IMG/VR virus record: IMGVR_UViG_3300017785_008291
Coordinates: 1 to 39,992 of that record
Strand: one strand, 5' to 3'
Length of the DNA stretch: 39,992 nucleotides
Source of the DNA: a virus
Lineage: Duplodnaviria; Caudoviricetes
Part shown: piece after piece, positions 27,939 through 35,369 of the stretch
Numbering within the stretch: position 1 is the stretch's first letter
Layout of the letters: every line of letters starts with the position of its first letter
Notes under the pieces: model-generated
The model's input: only the letters and a program-made list of their open reading frames with translations
Told to the model about the DNA's origin: nothing
The model's database searches: none
Position numbers and translations under genes: made by a program

Positions 27939-28761
27939 ATGGTTAACGCCTCTTATAGAAAAATACTTGAAATCTGAAAAAGATAGCTTCAATAAAGAAA
28001 TGAAAAGAAAAGGTATAATCTTAGCAGGAGGCCATGGTACAAGATTGAGACCACTTACATATTGCACATGTAAACAGTTACTACCAGTTTATAATCACGT
28101 AATGATAGAGTACCCTATTAGTACTTTAATTGCAGCTGGAATTCAAGATATTACGTTCATAGTTAAATCAATAGATAAGCCTGCATTTGAAAATCTTTTA
28201 TATAATATAAACCCAGATAGTATTAAATTTACATATAGATTTGTGATACAAGATGATCCTAAAGGGTTATCAGAAGCCTTTATTCTTGCAGAAAAGTATA
28301 TTAAAGGTTGTCCTACAGTCCTTGTACTTGGAGATAATCTATTTTACGGTTCACAATTTGATTTAGATATAAAAAATATAATGAGTAATGAAAACGTTAT
28401 ATTTGGATATAAAGTAAAAGACCCTTCTTCCTATGGTGTGGCAGTTTTAGATGAAAAAGGTAATATTGCAGGTGTTGTAGAGAAGCCTAAAACCCCGCCT
28501 ACTAATTACGCTATACCTGGTTTATACTTTTTTGATGAAACTTGTATAGAAAAAGCAAAAAATTGCAAACCATCTGTAAGAGGTGAACTTGAAATTGTTG
28601 ATATAATCAATCAATACATTAAAGAAAAAAATATAACTCTCCATCTACTTGACAATCATACAGCATGGTTTGATTGCGGTACGCATGCAGATTTACTTGA
28701 TGCTAGTAATTTTGTAAGAGCAATCGAAACCAGAACAAATACAACAGTATGCAAAATATAA
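27931..28761 (+). CDS. rmlA: glucose-1-phosphate thymidylyltransferase
   Basis: KGIILAGGHGTRLRPLT, KQLLPVY, LGDNLFYG, EKP, GLYF, RGELEI and WFDCGT. The start may be MKRKG at 28000. Confidence 0.95.
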   Translation: MDKWLTPLIEKYLKSEKDSFNKEMKRKGIILAGGHGTRLRPLTYCTCKQLLPVYNHVMIEYPISTLIAAGIQDITFIVKSIDKPAFENLLYNINPDSIKFTYRFVIQDDPKGLSEAFILAEKYIKGCPTVLVLGDNLFYGSQFDLDIKNIMSNENVIFGYKVKDPSSYGVAVLDEKGNIAGVVEKPKTPPTNYAIPGLYFFDETCIEKAKNCKPSVRGELEIVDIINQYIKEKNITLHLLDNHTAWFDCGTHADLLDASNFVRAIETRTNTTVCKI

Positions 28762-29723
28762 GAAAAAAATTTTTAGTAACCGGTGCATATGGATTCATAG
28801 GTAGCCATTTTATCGATTTTCTCGATAATAAGGTAGATGCAGAGATTTATATCATTGATAAAAAAGGATATGCTTCAAATATACACAATCTTAAAAAACA
28901 ATATGATACTTTAGGGTATAATTTATTTGAGTTTGATCTTGCTAAACAATCAACAGATATATTTTTCGAAAATTATAAAAAGTTTGATGCTATCTTTCAT
29001 TTTGCTGCAGAAAGCCATGTAGATAATAGTATTACAAGTCCATTAGTTTTTACAGAGTCTAATGTATTAGGTACACATAAATTATTAGAGTGCTGGAGAC
29101 GGAACGGTGCACATGGTAGATTTATACACATAAGTACAGATGAAGTTTATGGTCATCTACATGATAATGATAAGCCATTTACAGAACATACACCACTATC
29201 ACCAAGATCACCTTATTCTGCATCCAAAGCAAGTAGTGATCTTATAGTAAAATCATATCACGATACATATGGTTTAGATACAATAATAACAAGATGTAGT
29301 AACAATTATGGACCAAAACAGCATTATGAAAAACTTATACCAAAAACAATTACAAATATACTTAACGGTAAAAGCGTACCTGTATATGGCTCTGGTAAAA
29401 ATGTACGAGAGTGGATTCATGTCGTTGATCACGTAGAAGCAATATGGTCATTATATAATGAAGGTGAATCAGGTAACGTTTATAATATTGGATCTGGCGA
29501 AGAAATGACTAATTTAGACGTTATTACAACTATATGTAAGTATATGAATGTTTTACCTGATAACACTATAAAATTTGTAGAAGATAGAAAAGGTCACGAT
29601 TTTAGATATGCTATCGACTCTACAAAAATTAAGTCTTTAACAACATGGCACCCTAAATATGAATTTAATAAAAGTATTCAAGAAACAATCGACTGGTATA
29701 GACAAAATACACCTCAAATCTAA
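28749..29723 (+). CDS. rmlB: dTDP-glucose 4,6-dehydratase
   Basis: VTGAYGFIGS, HFAAESHVD, STDEVYG, PYSASKA, CSNNYGP and DRKGHDFRYAID. Confidence 0.95.
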   Translation: MQNIRKKFLVTGAYGFIGSHFIDFLDNKVDAEIYIIDKKGYASNIHNLKKQYDTLGYNLFEFDLAKQSTDIFFENYKKFDAIFHFAAESHVDNSITSPLVFTESNVLGTHKLLECWRRNGAHGRFIHISTDEVYGHLHDNDKPFTEHTPLSPRSPYSASKASSDLIVKSYHDTYGLDTIITRCSNNYGPKQHYEKLIPKTITNILNGKSVPVYGSGKNVREWIHVVDHVEAIWSLYNEGESGNVYNIGSGEEMTNLDVITTICKYMNVLPDNTIKFVEDRKGHDFRYAIDSTKIKSLTTWHPKYEFNKSIQETIDWYRQNTPQI

Positions 29724-29952
29724 GGACTTATACGCAGTCCAAACAGGTGACTATGCAGGTGAGATGTTAATATACATAGAAGATATTAATGAATCCCATT
29801 GTTTCCTTTCGATTCCCAATATGGTAAATAGGGTTATATCGTTCGATAAATTTAAATTTGCAATAGAGAATAATATTGTAGAAAAGGTAAGTGAAGAACT
29901 ACCTAAGCAGGTTTATAGTTTGTGTATTGCTCAATATAAAAAGAATCGATAG
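29659..29952 (+). CDS. hypothetical protein
   Basis: 97-aa ORF overlapping the rmlB 3' end. Start uncertain. Confidence 0.65.
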   Translation: MNLIKVFKKQSTGIDKIHLKSKDLYAVQTGDYAGEMLIYIEDINESHCFLSIPNMVNRVISFDKFKFAIENNIVEKVSEELPKQVYSLCIAQYKKNR

Positions 29953-29954
29953 AA

Positions 29955-29960
29955 TAAATA
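29955..29960 (+). promoter_or_regulatory. late promoter TAAATA
   Basis: TAAATA-ATTGT-ATG(29966). Confidence 0.65.
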
Positions 29961-29965
29961 ATTGT

Positions 29966-30172
29966 ATGTACGTACAACCTAAAAAAATCGTCTCACCTAT
30001 ATCAGGCAATATAGTGATACCTAAAATCATAACAAGAGAGGTAGAAGGTAAGATTGTCTCTGAAGCACATTATTACGACCCTAATAGTGGTACCTTCCTA
30101 CACAAAGGTATTGTTTCAGTAGTAGACAAAATCACAAAAGAAACAACTACACTAGGCAACGCAAGAGTTTAA
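29966..30172 (+). CDS. small late protein (68 aa, start revised to MYVQPKK)
   Basis: In-frame ATG 5 nt after TAAATA. SPISG...DPNSG hairpin-like motifs. Confidence 0.7.
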   Translation: MYVQPKKIVSPISGNIVIPKIITREVEGKIVSEAHYYDPNSGTFLHKGIVSVVDKITKETTTLGNARV

Positions 30173-30181
30173 CCTCCATTA

Positions 30182-30523
30182 ATGGATATGGAGACTATTA
30201 AGAAACTTTTTGCTGATAATACCTGGCTTTTTGTAATAGGTATTATTGGATTGGTGTTTCAGTCTACTATACAGAAAACAGTAGCTGCATTGTTTATATT
30301 TTTAGGCAATGACTATAATGAAGATGATATAATATTACTAAACGGTAAACCAGCCCGTATAGTACGCGTAGGTTTATGGAAATCTACATTTTTTATGTAC
30401 ACAATTAAAAATGGTATAGTTACTGGTGGTACAAAACTTGTAATACAAAACGAAAGACTATCTTTAATGAATCTTGAGAAGCCATTACAGAAGATAGATG
30501 TTGAAACCATTGGTGATAAATAA
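30182..30523 (+). CDS. small membrane protein with an MscS-like TM plus beta domain
   Basis: N-terminal hydrophobic helices, then DYNEDDIILLNGKPARIVRVGLWKSTF...LVIQNERL resembling the MscS middle domain. Confidence 0.65.
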   Translation: MDMETIKKLFADNTWLFVIGIIGLVFQSTIQKTVAALFIFLGNDYNEDDIILLNGKPARIVRVGLWKSTFFMYTIKNGIVTGGTKLVIQNERLSLMNLEKPLQKIDVETIGDK

Positions 30524-30527
30524 AAAT

Positions 30528-30565
30528 TTGATATTTGGTAAAGGAACTATAATATTCTTTACCAA
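30528..30565 (+). promoter_or_regulatory. early-type primase promoter (TTGATA-N16-TAATAT) enclosed by an inverted repeat
   Basis: TTGGTAAAGGA (30535-30545) pairs with TTCTTTACCAA (30555-30565) around the -10 region. ATG at 30568. Confidence 0.6.
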
Positions 30566-30567
30566 TT

Positions 30568-31605
30568 ATGATAGCGGTACCTGAACAATATGCTGTGCAA
30601 GTATTTTACCAGCATGTAAGTCATACTAGTTACAACAAAATTACTAGAACATATAACGGATCATGTCCGTTTTGTAAAGAAGGTAAGAGCTTTGGTAAGA
30701 AAAAACGATTTTTTTATATACCAAAGACTGAAACATGCTATTGCCATAACTGTGGGTATAGTAAAAAAGTATTGAGTTTTGTTTTAGATATAACAGGTAA
30801 ACCATTTAGTATTGTTGTTGATGAGATTCAGACTAATGGATACGACGAAATACAAGTAACAAGAGAAGAAGAGAAGAAAGTAAACGTCGATATTAAAACG
30901 TTACCAGAGGATTGTATAAATTTATTAGAACCAACACAGTTACAATTTTATAATGATAATGCAATAGTTAGAATTGCACTAGAGTTTATAGTAAAGCGTA
31001 GATTATATACAGCAGTTAATAGACCTAAAACTTTTTATTTATCTCTAGTAGATAGAGTACACAAGAATAGATTAATTCTACCTTTTTATGATACTCTTGA
31101 TGATATAATTTTTTACCAGACACGTACCTTACTCGATTCTGATAATTTTAAGAAACCAAAATACCTTTCTAAAGTAGGTGGTGTTCGTAGTTTATATGGT
31201 ATACATTCTGTAGATAAAGATAATGAAAATATCTTTCTTTTAGAAGGTCCGATAGACAGTTTTTTCATTAAAAATGGATTAGCAGTGGGTGGTATCCAAG
31301 ATGAATCAGATAAGATGTATAATGAACTACAACAGCAACAACTACTGGGATTCTCAACATATAATAAAATATGGGTACTTGATAATCAGTGGTGTGATGA
31401 TGCCTCTCTTAAGAAGAGTGAAATTTTACTAAATCTAGGTGAAAATGTATTTATATGGCCTGAGAATTTAAAAGAATATAAGGATATAAATGAATACTGT
31501 ATAGATAAACAGATTGATGAATTTTCACAAAAAATAATCCTTGATAATGTATATCAAGGATTACAGGGTCTGCTAATGTTGCAGATGTTAAAATCTAATA
31601 AATAG
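30568..31605 (+). CDS. gp61: DNA primase gp61
   Basis: CPFC...CHNC zinc finger, RLILPF, KY, TOPRIM EGPID, LDN and KDINE. Confidence 0.93.
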   Translation: MIAVPEQYAVQVFYQHVSHTSYNKITRTYNGSCPFCKEGKSFGKKKRFFYIPKTETCYCHNCGYSKKVLSFVLDITGKPFSIVVDEIQTNGYDEIQVTREEEKKVNVDIKTLPEDCINLLEPTQLQFYNDNAIVRIALEFIVKRRLYTAVNRPKTFYLSLVDRVHKNRLILPFYDTLDDIIFYQTRTLLDSDNFKKPKYLSKVGGVRSLYGIHSVDKDNENIFLLEGPIDSFFIKNGLAVGGIQDESDKMYNELQQQQLLGFSTYNKIWVLDNQWCDDASLKKSEILLNLGENVFIWPENLKEYKDINEYCIDKQIDEFSQKIILDNVYQGLQGLLMLQMLKSNK

Positions 31606-31633
31606 TATACTTAGGTACTAAAAAGGCAGCAAA

Positions 31634-32059
31634 TTACTGACCCTTATACTTACTATCTGCCGCACCTGCAAGGTATCCCTTTAATATTTCTATTAAAGAA
31701 CCTAATTCCATTGCAACTCTTGAAATTTTCTTTGTTTCAGCATCGCTAATTTTCTTAAAAATTGTTTCAGGTGATGATGAATTTAATTTAGATTGAATAC
31801 TCTCTGCACCTGTACCGTTAAGAAATTCTTTAAAATCTTCCATCATACCTAACCAAGTTCTTAATTCATCATACATTTGCTTTTGAAATGCTGTTAGTTC
31901 AGCAGGTGCTTGACCAACAACACCTTTAGGTGCATCTACGTCAAAATCCTCAGGTGATGTTCCTTTATCTAAAACAGAAGACATTGCATCTCTATCTGTC
32001 ATCTCTACTTCATCTTGTTCTAAAATAAACTTTTGAAATCTTTTCTGATAGTTATTCAT
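31634..32059 (-). CDS. hypothetical late protein
   Basis: TATAAATA-ATAAT-ATG. N-terminus MNNYQKRFQKFILEQ. Confidence 0.8.
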   Translation of the reverse strand: MNNYQKRFQKFILEQDEVEMTDRDAMSSVLDKGTSPEDFDVDAPKGVVGQAPAELTAFQKQMYDELRTWLGMMEDFKEFLNGTGAESIQSKLNSSSPETIFKKISDAETKKISRVAMELGSLIEILKGYLAGAADSKYKGQ

Positions 32060-32064
32060 ATTAT

Positions 32065-32109
32065 TATTTATATTTAATCGATCAAATATAAAGATGAGTT
32101 ACTTTATTA
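32065..32109 (+). repeat. direct repeat copy 1 of the divergent late promoter region (includes the minus-strand TAAATA at 32065-32070)
   Basis: 42/45 identical to 32548-32592. Confidence 0.92.
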
Positions 32110-32114
32110 TATAA

Positions 32115-32387
32115 TTATACTTTATCACCTTTTTTCCAAGAAATTCTTTTTGCACCTTTTTTATGTTTTGATCTTGTATTACATTGAGCCATTGTAGGCC
32201 TACATGCAGGGTAACCTTTTCTTTTTTCACCTTTTTGTCTGCCGCATGGTTTACCAGTCTTACAATCTACCCAACCTTTTCCGTTATTTCTTGAGAACCA
32301 ACCATGAAGCCCTTCCTTTTTCTCTTTTTGAAATTTTTCTAAAAGGAAATTAACAGCTACATCGAATTTTTTATCAGATCTGTTCAT
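32115..32387 (-). CDS. small basic Cys-rich late protein (90 aa, start revised to MNRSDKK, DUF5872-like)
   Basis: ATGA overlap with the upstream gene. GLHGWF...WVDC...PCGR...YPACRP motif. Family name recalled, not searched. Confidence 0.7.
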   Translation of the reverse strand: MNRSDKKFDVAVNFLLEKFQKEKKEGLHGWFSRNNGKGWVDCKTGKPCGRQKGEKRKGYPACRPTMAQCNTRSKHKKGAKRISWKKGDKV

Positions 32388-32548
32388 TTTCTTTTTTTCC
32401 AGATTGTACCTTGACGGCAACGAACAATAGCTCCAGATTTATAAGCAGAAGTCTTCTTACCATAAACTACATCTGCTTTCCTCGCACATCGATCTTTTTT
32501 TGTTTTTTCTTCCAGAAGGGACTCTATAAGATTATTAAACCTTGACAT
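32384..32548 (-). CDS. small basic late protein (54 aa, start revised to MSRFNNLIESLLEE)
   Basis: TAAATA-TAAAT-ATG(32548). KDRC...SAYKSGAIVRCR motif. Confidence 0.75.
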   Translation of the reverse strand: MSRFNNLIESLLEEKTKKDRCARKADVVYGKKTSAYKSGAIVRCRQGTIWKKRK

Positions 32549-32592
32549 ATTTATATTTAATCGATTAAATATAAAGATGAGTAAATTTATTA
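32548..32592 (+). repeat. direct repeat copy 2
   Basis: TATTTATATTTAATCGATTAAATATAAAGATGAGTAAATTTATTA, including the start of 32577..32924. Confidence 0.92.
32550..32575. promoter_or_regulatory. perfect 26-bp palindrome holding back-to-back late promoters
   Basis: TTTATATTTAATC|GATTAAATATAAA. Each TAAATA is 5 nt from an ATG (32548 minus, 32577 plus). Confidence 0.8.
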
Positions 32593-32924
32593 GAGAAGAT
32601 AGTACTATCTTTAACGTACAGCGCCAACAATCAGGTATTAAAAAGAGTGAAGATTTACCGCAGCCTAATAAAGTAGGTAATTTAGTCAATCAAGGAAATG
32701 ATTTCGCACCCCCTGTAAAACCTTATCCGTTAGATAGATTCGATGATATTTCAACAGATGTTTTTGTTGGTTTGTTAAATTTACGTAAAATAATAGAAAC
32801 TGCTAAAAATAACCCTAGTATTAAGAATAAGAATAATGAAAAGCTTAATATTATTAACAGACACTTAGAGAATATGGGTAAAAATATGGTTGAATTATCT
32901 AAGATTGTTGATACAATCAATTAA
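32577..32924 (+). CDS. hypothetical late protein
   Basis: 115-aa ORF, TAAATA-TAAAG-ATG. Confidence 0.8.
   Translation: MSKFIREDSTIFNVQRQQSGIKKSEDLPQPNKVGNLVNQGNDFAPPVKPYPLDRFDDISTDVFVGLLNLRKIIETAKNNPSIKNKNNEKLNIINRHLENMGKNMVELSKIVDTIN
32890..32917 (+). promoter_or_regulatory. early/middle-type promoter TTGAAT-N16-TACAAT
   Basis: Ends 6 nt upstream of ATG 32924. Confidence 0.55.
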
Positions 32925-33316
32925 TGAAAAATATTTTAATATCTTTTGTACTAACATGTTTAGTTAGTACTCTAGTGGGTGTACTAGCCAACAATTTTAT
33001 TGCAGGTTTTGCATTAGCATTTTTTACACAAGTTATAATTTTTTACATAGGAAATACAATATATAATAATTATATTATAACAAAAATTGAAGAAATTAAA
33101 CTTGATCAATTAAAAGAATTACAAAAACAACATGCAACTGTAACATGTCCTTGCTCAGAGGGTAACAAACAAGTAGTAGATATACAAATTGATTCAGATG
33201 TTATCTATAAATGTAATAAATGCGATAAAAATATCAAAGCAGTACACGAAGTAAAAACCTTTATAACAACACAACCTATATATTTTCATGACAGAGCTCC
33301 AAAAGATAACAACTGA
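32924..33316 (+). CDS. membrane protein with two TM helices and a C-terminal zinc ribbon
   Basis: Hydrophobic residues about 4-45, then CPC...CNKC. Confidence 0.75.
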   Translation: MKNILISFVLTCLVSTLVGVLANNFIAGFALAFFTQVIIFYIGNTIYNNYIITKIEEIKLDQLKELQKQHATVTCPCSEGNKQVVDIQIDSDVIYKCNKCDKNIKAVHEVKTFITTQPIYFHDRAPKDNN

Positions 33317-33698
33317 GATTAAACCTACATCACTAGAAAATTCAAAACCTGAATCAAATGAGATAAAATATAGTGATTGTTTACTGTCACTTCAGCAACT
33401 ACTTAAAACAAGTAGCGAACAACAGAGAGTGTTTGATGAAGGTATTTTTACTGAAAAAAATAAAGTTAATACATGCTCGAAAATTTTAGTAGATCTAATA
33501 TCTTATGTATTAGACCAAGATGATACAAAAATTGAAAACCCAAACGAACTTGTTATTCATAAGCAAAATAAAAGATTTATTAAAGAATCATTAACACTAC
33601 TATTGAATAGTCTTAAACAATATAGCATTGATGATAGAAAAGTTAAATTAATGCTAACAGGAAAATTGATACAATCGTTATATGAATCAAAAAACTGA
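33288..33698 (+). CDS. hypothetical protein
   Basis: 136-aa helical ORF in an overlapping operon. Confidence 0.7.
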   Translation: MTELQKITTEIKPTSLENSKPESNEIKYSDCLLSLQQLLKTSSEQQRVFDEGIFTEKNKVNTCSKILVDLISYVLDQDDTKIENPNELVIHKQNKRFIKESLTLLLNSLKQYSIDDRKVKLMLTGKLIQSLYESKN

Positions 33699-33924
33699 AA
33701 GACTTAAAGAACTCGAGCAAGAGCATGGTATAGATTTCTTAGCAAGATTTGCATGTCTAATAGAAGCTGTAAATTTAACATGCGATAAAGCAGAGCATTT
33801 AGGTATGGATACTGAAACTTCATCACTATGGATAAAGCCTATAGCATTTCATCATTATATAGATGAACGACAAAAAGATATGAAGTATAATATAGAGATG
33901 TTTTTAAAGGGTGAAGATATATGA
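33682..33924 (+). CDS. hypothetical protein
   Basis: 80-aa ORF in an overlapping operon. Confidence 0.7.
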   Translation: MNQKTERLKELEQEHGIDFLARFACLIEAVNLTCDKAEHLGMDTETSSLWIKPIAFHHYIDERQKDMKYNIEMFLKGEDI

Positions 33925-34187
33925 AATATGTCCCAGGGACGATAATTATAGTAACTAACTCACCTTTAAAGGGTTCAATTAAAGGTTACTTTCAGTCAGG
34001 TAAATCATACTACCTTAAAAATGTACGTAAAATATCAGAGAATGAAATAGAGTACGTATTTACAGGTGATGGTGATTTTATCATTAAACAACCAAATTTT
34101 ACTTCTGGAGATGTAATGATAGATTATCTTATAACTGGTCAAGTTATACAGAAACAAAACTTTTGGGATTCTGAAAGAAAAGATTAA
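33921..34187 (+). CDS. hypothetical protein
   Basis: 88-aa ORF with ATGA coupling. Confidence 0.7.
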   Translation: MKYVPGTIIIVTNSPLKGSIKGYFQSGKSYYLKNVRKISENEIEYVFTGDGDFIIKQPNFTSGDVMIDYLITGQVIQKQNFWDSERKD

Positions 34188-34951
34188 TAATAACCACCGT
34201 ATATCTCTGTAGCTTCATTTGCAGACATATTAAATACGGTTGTCTTACTTATATTGTTAATATCGTCAGGGTAACGTTTTTCATCTGTGGGATTTTTACC
34301 CACACCTGATAATACCCCAGAGAACGCATTCTCGTAAACTTGTGCATCTGCTTTTTCAGCAGATAAACCAGGTTCAAAGCTGTATTCAAATCTCTTAGCT
34401 TTCAATCTCCAGACGTAATGTCCACCTAATTGATTTATCGAAGATATATCTTCATCGATTCTGTCAGTAACTTCAAAGTATTTTGCACCTCTACCATTTA
34501 ATCTACCTTTACCGTATTCAGTAAGAGCAAACACATCACCAGAGCGTGGTTCAATCAAGTTAAATTGCGTTGCATATATGTTAGATAATATACTAAATGC
34601 AGAATAGAAAGCAGATACATGAATTGTAGCTGTTATCTCATCATCACTTGAAAAACCAAACTTAGATAGTGTATCAGCATTCTCATTTAATTCAATAGCC
34701 ATTACTACTTCTATTGGAGGTGCAAATTGCTTTGCAGGGCTCTCACCATAAAGATTATCAGCTGATAAAATATTGTATGTGTTTACATAATATGTAATTT
34801 TCTGACCATACATGTTTAACATCTCTTGCCAGTAATTACTAAACAATAATTGTTCATTACTGTTTGTATCTTTATCGTTATAACGGAAGCAAAACGTACC
34901 GTCAGATACCATTCCTGGATAGCAATTATCATTAAAATTAATTTCTGACAT
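34184..34951 (-). CDS. gp14: neck protein gp14
   Basis: LYGES...F, TLSKFGFSSDDEIT, PRSGDVF, FEVT and QLGGHYVWRLKAKRFEYS match T4-like gp14. Confidence 0.85.
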   Translation of the reverse strand: MSEINFNDNCYPGMVSDGTFCFRYNDKDTNSNEQLLFSNYWQEMLNMYGQKITYYVNTYNILSADNLYGESPAKQFAPPIEVVMAIELNENADTLSKFGFSSDDEITATIHVSAFYSAFSILSNIYATQFNLIEPRSGDVFALTEYGKGRLNGRGAKYFEVTDRIDEDISSINQLGGHYVWRLKAKRFEYSFEPGLSAEKADAQVYENAFSGVLSGVGKNPTDEKRYPDDINNISKTTVFNMSANEATEIYGGYY

Positions 34952-34952
34952 A

Positions 34953-35300
34953 TTATTTCTTAAGTATTAGGTTACCTGTATTTGGGCATTTTAGTAGGAT
35001 TACCCCTGTTCTACCTAATTTCTTAGGTTTACCATCAAAATTTATTCCAAACGTCTGTTTGATATATTGCATATCTATAGGTGCACAAATTTGCTGACCA
35101 CCTCTAACTTTTAATTGCTCTATTTTCTGATTTTTAGAATTATCTTTTTTATATACGTCAGCAACTAAGTTCTGTCTTTTGCGTCTATAGTATCTATCTG
35201 TATCTGTAAAGCCGTCTTGACGATGTCTAGGACCATTTACATAACGTCTTGTACCTGTTTTGGTAAACATATCGTTATAAAATGTCTTAAAATTAGTCAT
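34953..35300 (-). CDS. basic late protein (115 aa, start revised to MTNFKTFYND)
   Basis: TAAATA-ATTAT-ATG(35300), Arg/Lys-rich. Confidence 0.75.
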   Translation of the reverse strand: MTNFKTFYNDMFTKTGTRRYVNGPRHRQDGFTDTDRYYRRKRQNLVADVYKKDNSKNQKIEQLKVRGGQQICAPIDMQYIKQTFGINFDGKPKKLGRTGVILLKCPNTGNLILKK

Positions 35301-35305
35301 ATAAT

Positions 35306-35311
35306 TATTTA
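35306..35311 (-). promoter_or_regulatory. late promoter TAAATA
   Basis: 5 nt upstream of ATG 35300. Confidence 0.7.
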
Positions 35312-35316
35312 TGTAC

Positions 35317-35351
35317 AAAAAAATACCTGCTAAAAATTTAGCAGGTATTTT
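35317..35351 (-). terminator. rho-independent terminator
   Basis: AAAATACCTGCTA/TAGCAGGTATTTT stem with a T-run on the minus strand, just downstream of 35370..36212. Confidence 0.85.
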
Positions 35352-35369
35352 ATTAAACTAAATTAATCT

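Noticed and set aside
32065-32592. Palindromic repeats as a mini-CRISPR array
   Set aside because: Only two copies about 480 bp apart with genes between them and no cas genes. They are explained as a duplicated promoter region.
3278-35318. Longest-ORF starts in the track at 3373, 8358, 19048, 19723, 22262, 29891, 32420, 32689 and 35318
   Set aside because: The extensions run through promoters or neighbouring genes. Downstream ATGs fit the promoter spacing, stop-start overlaps or paralogue alignment better.
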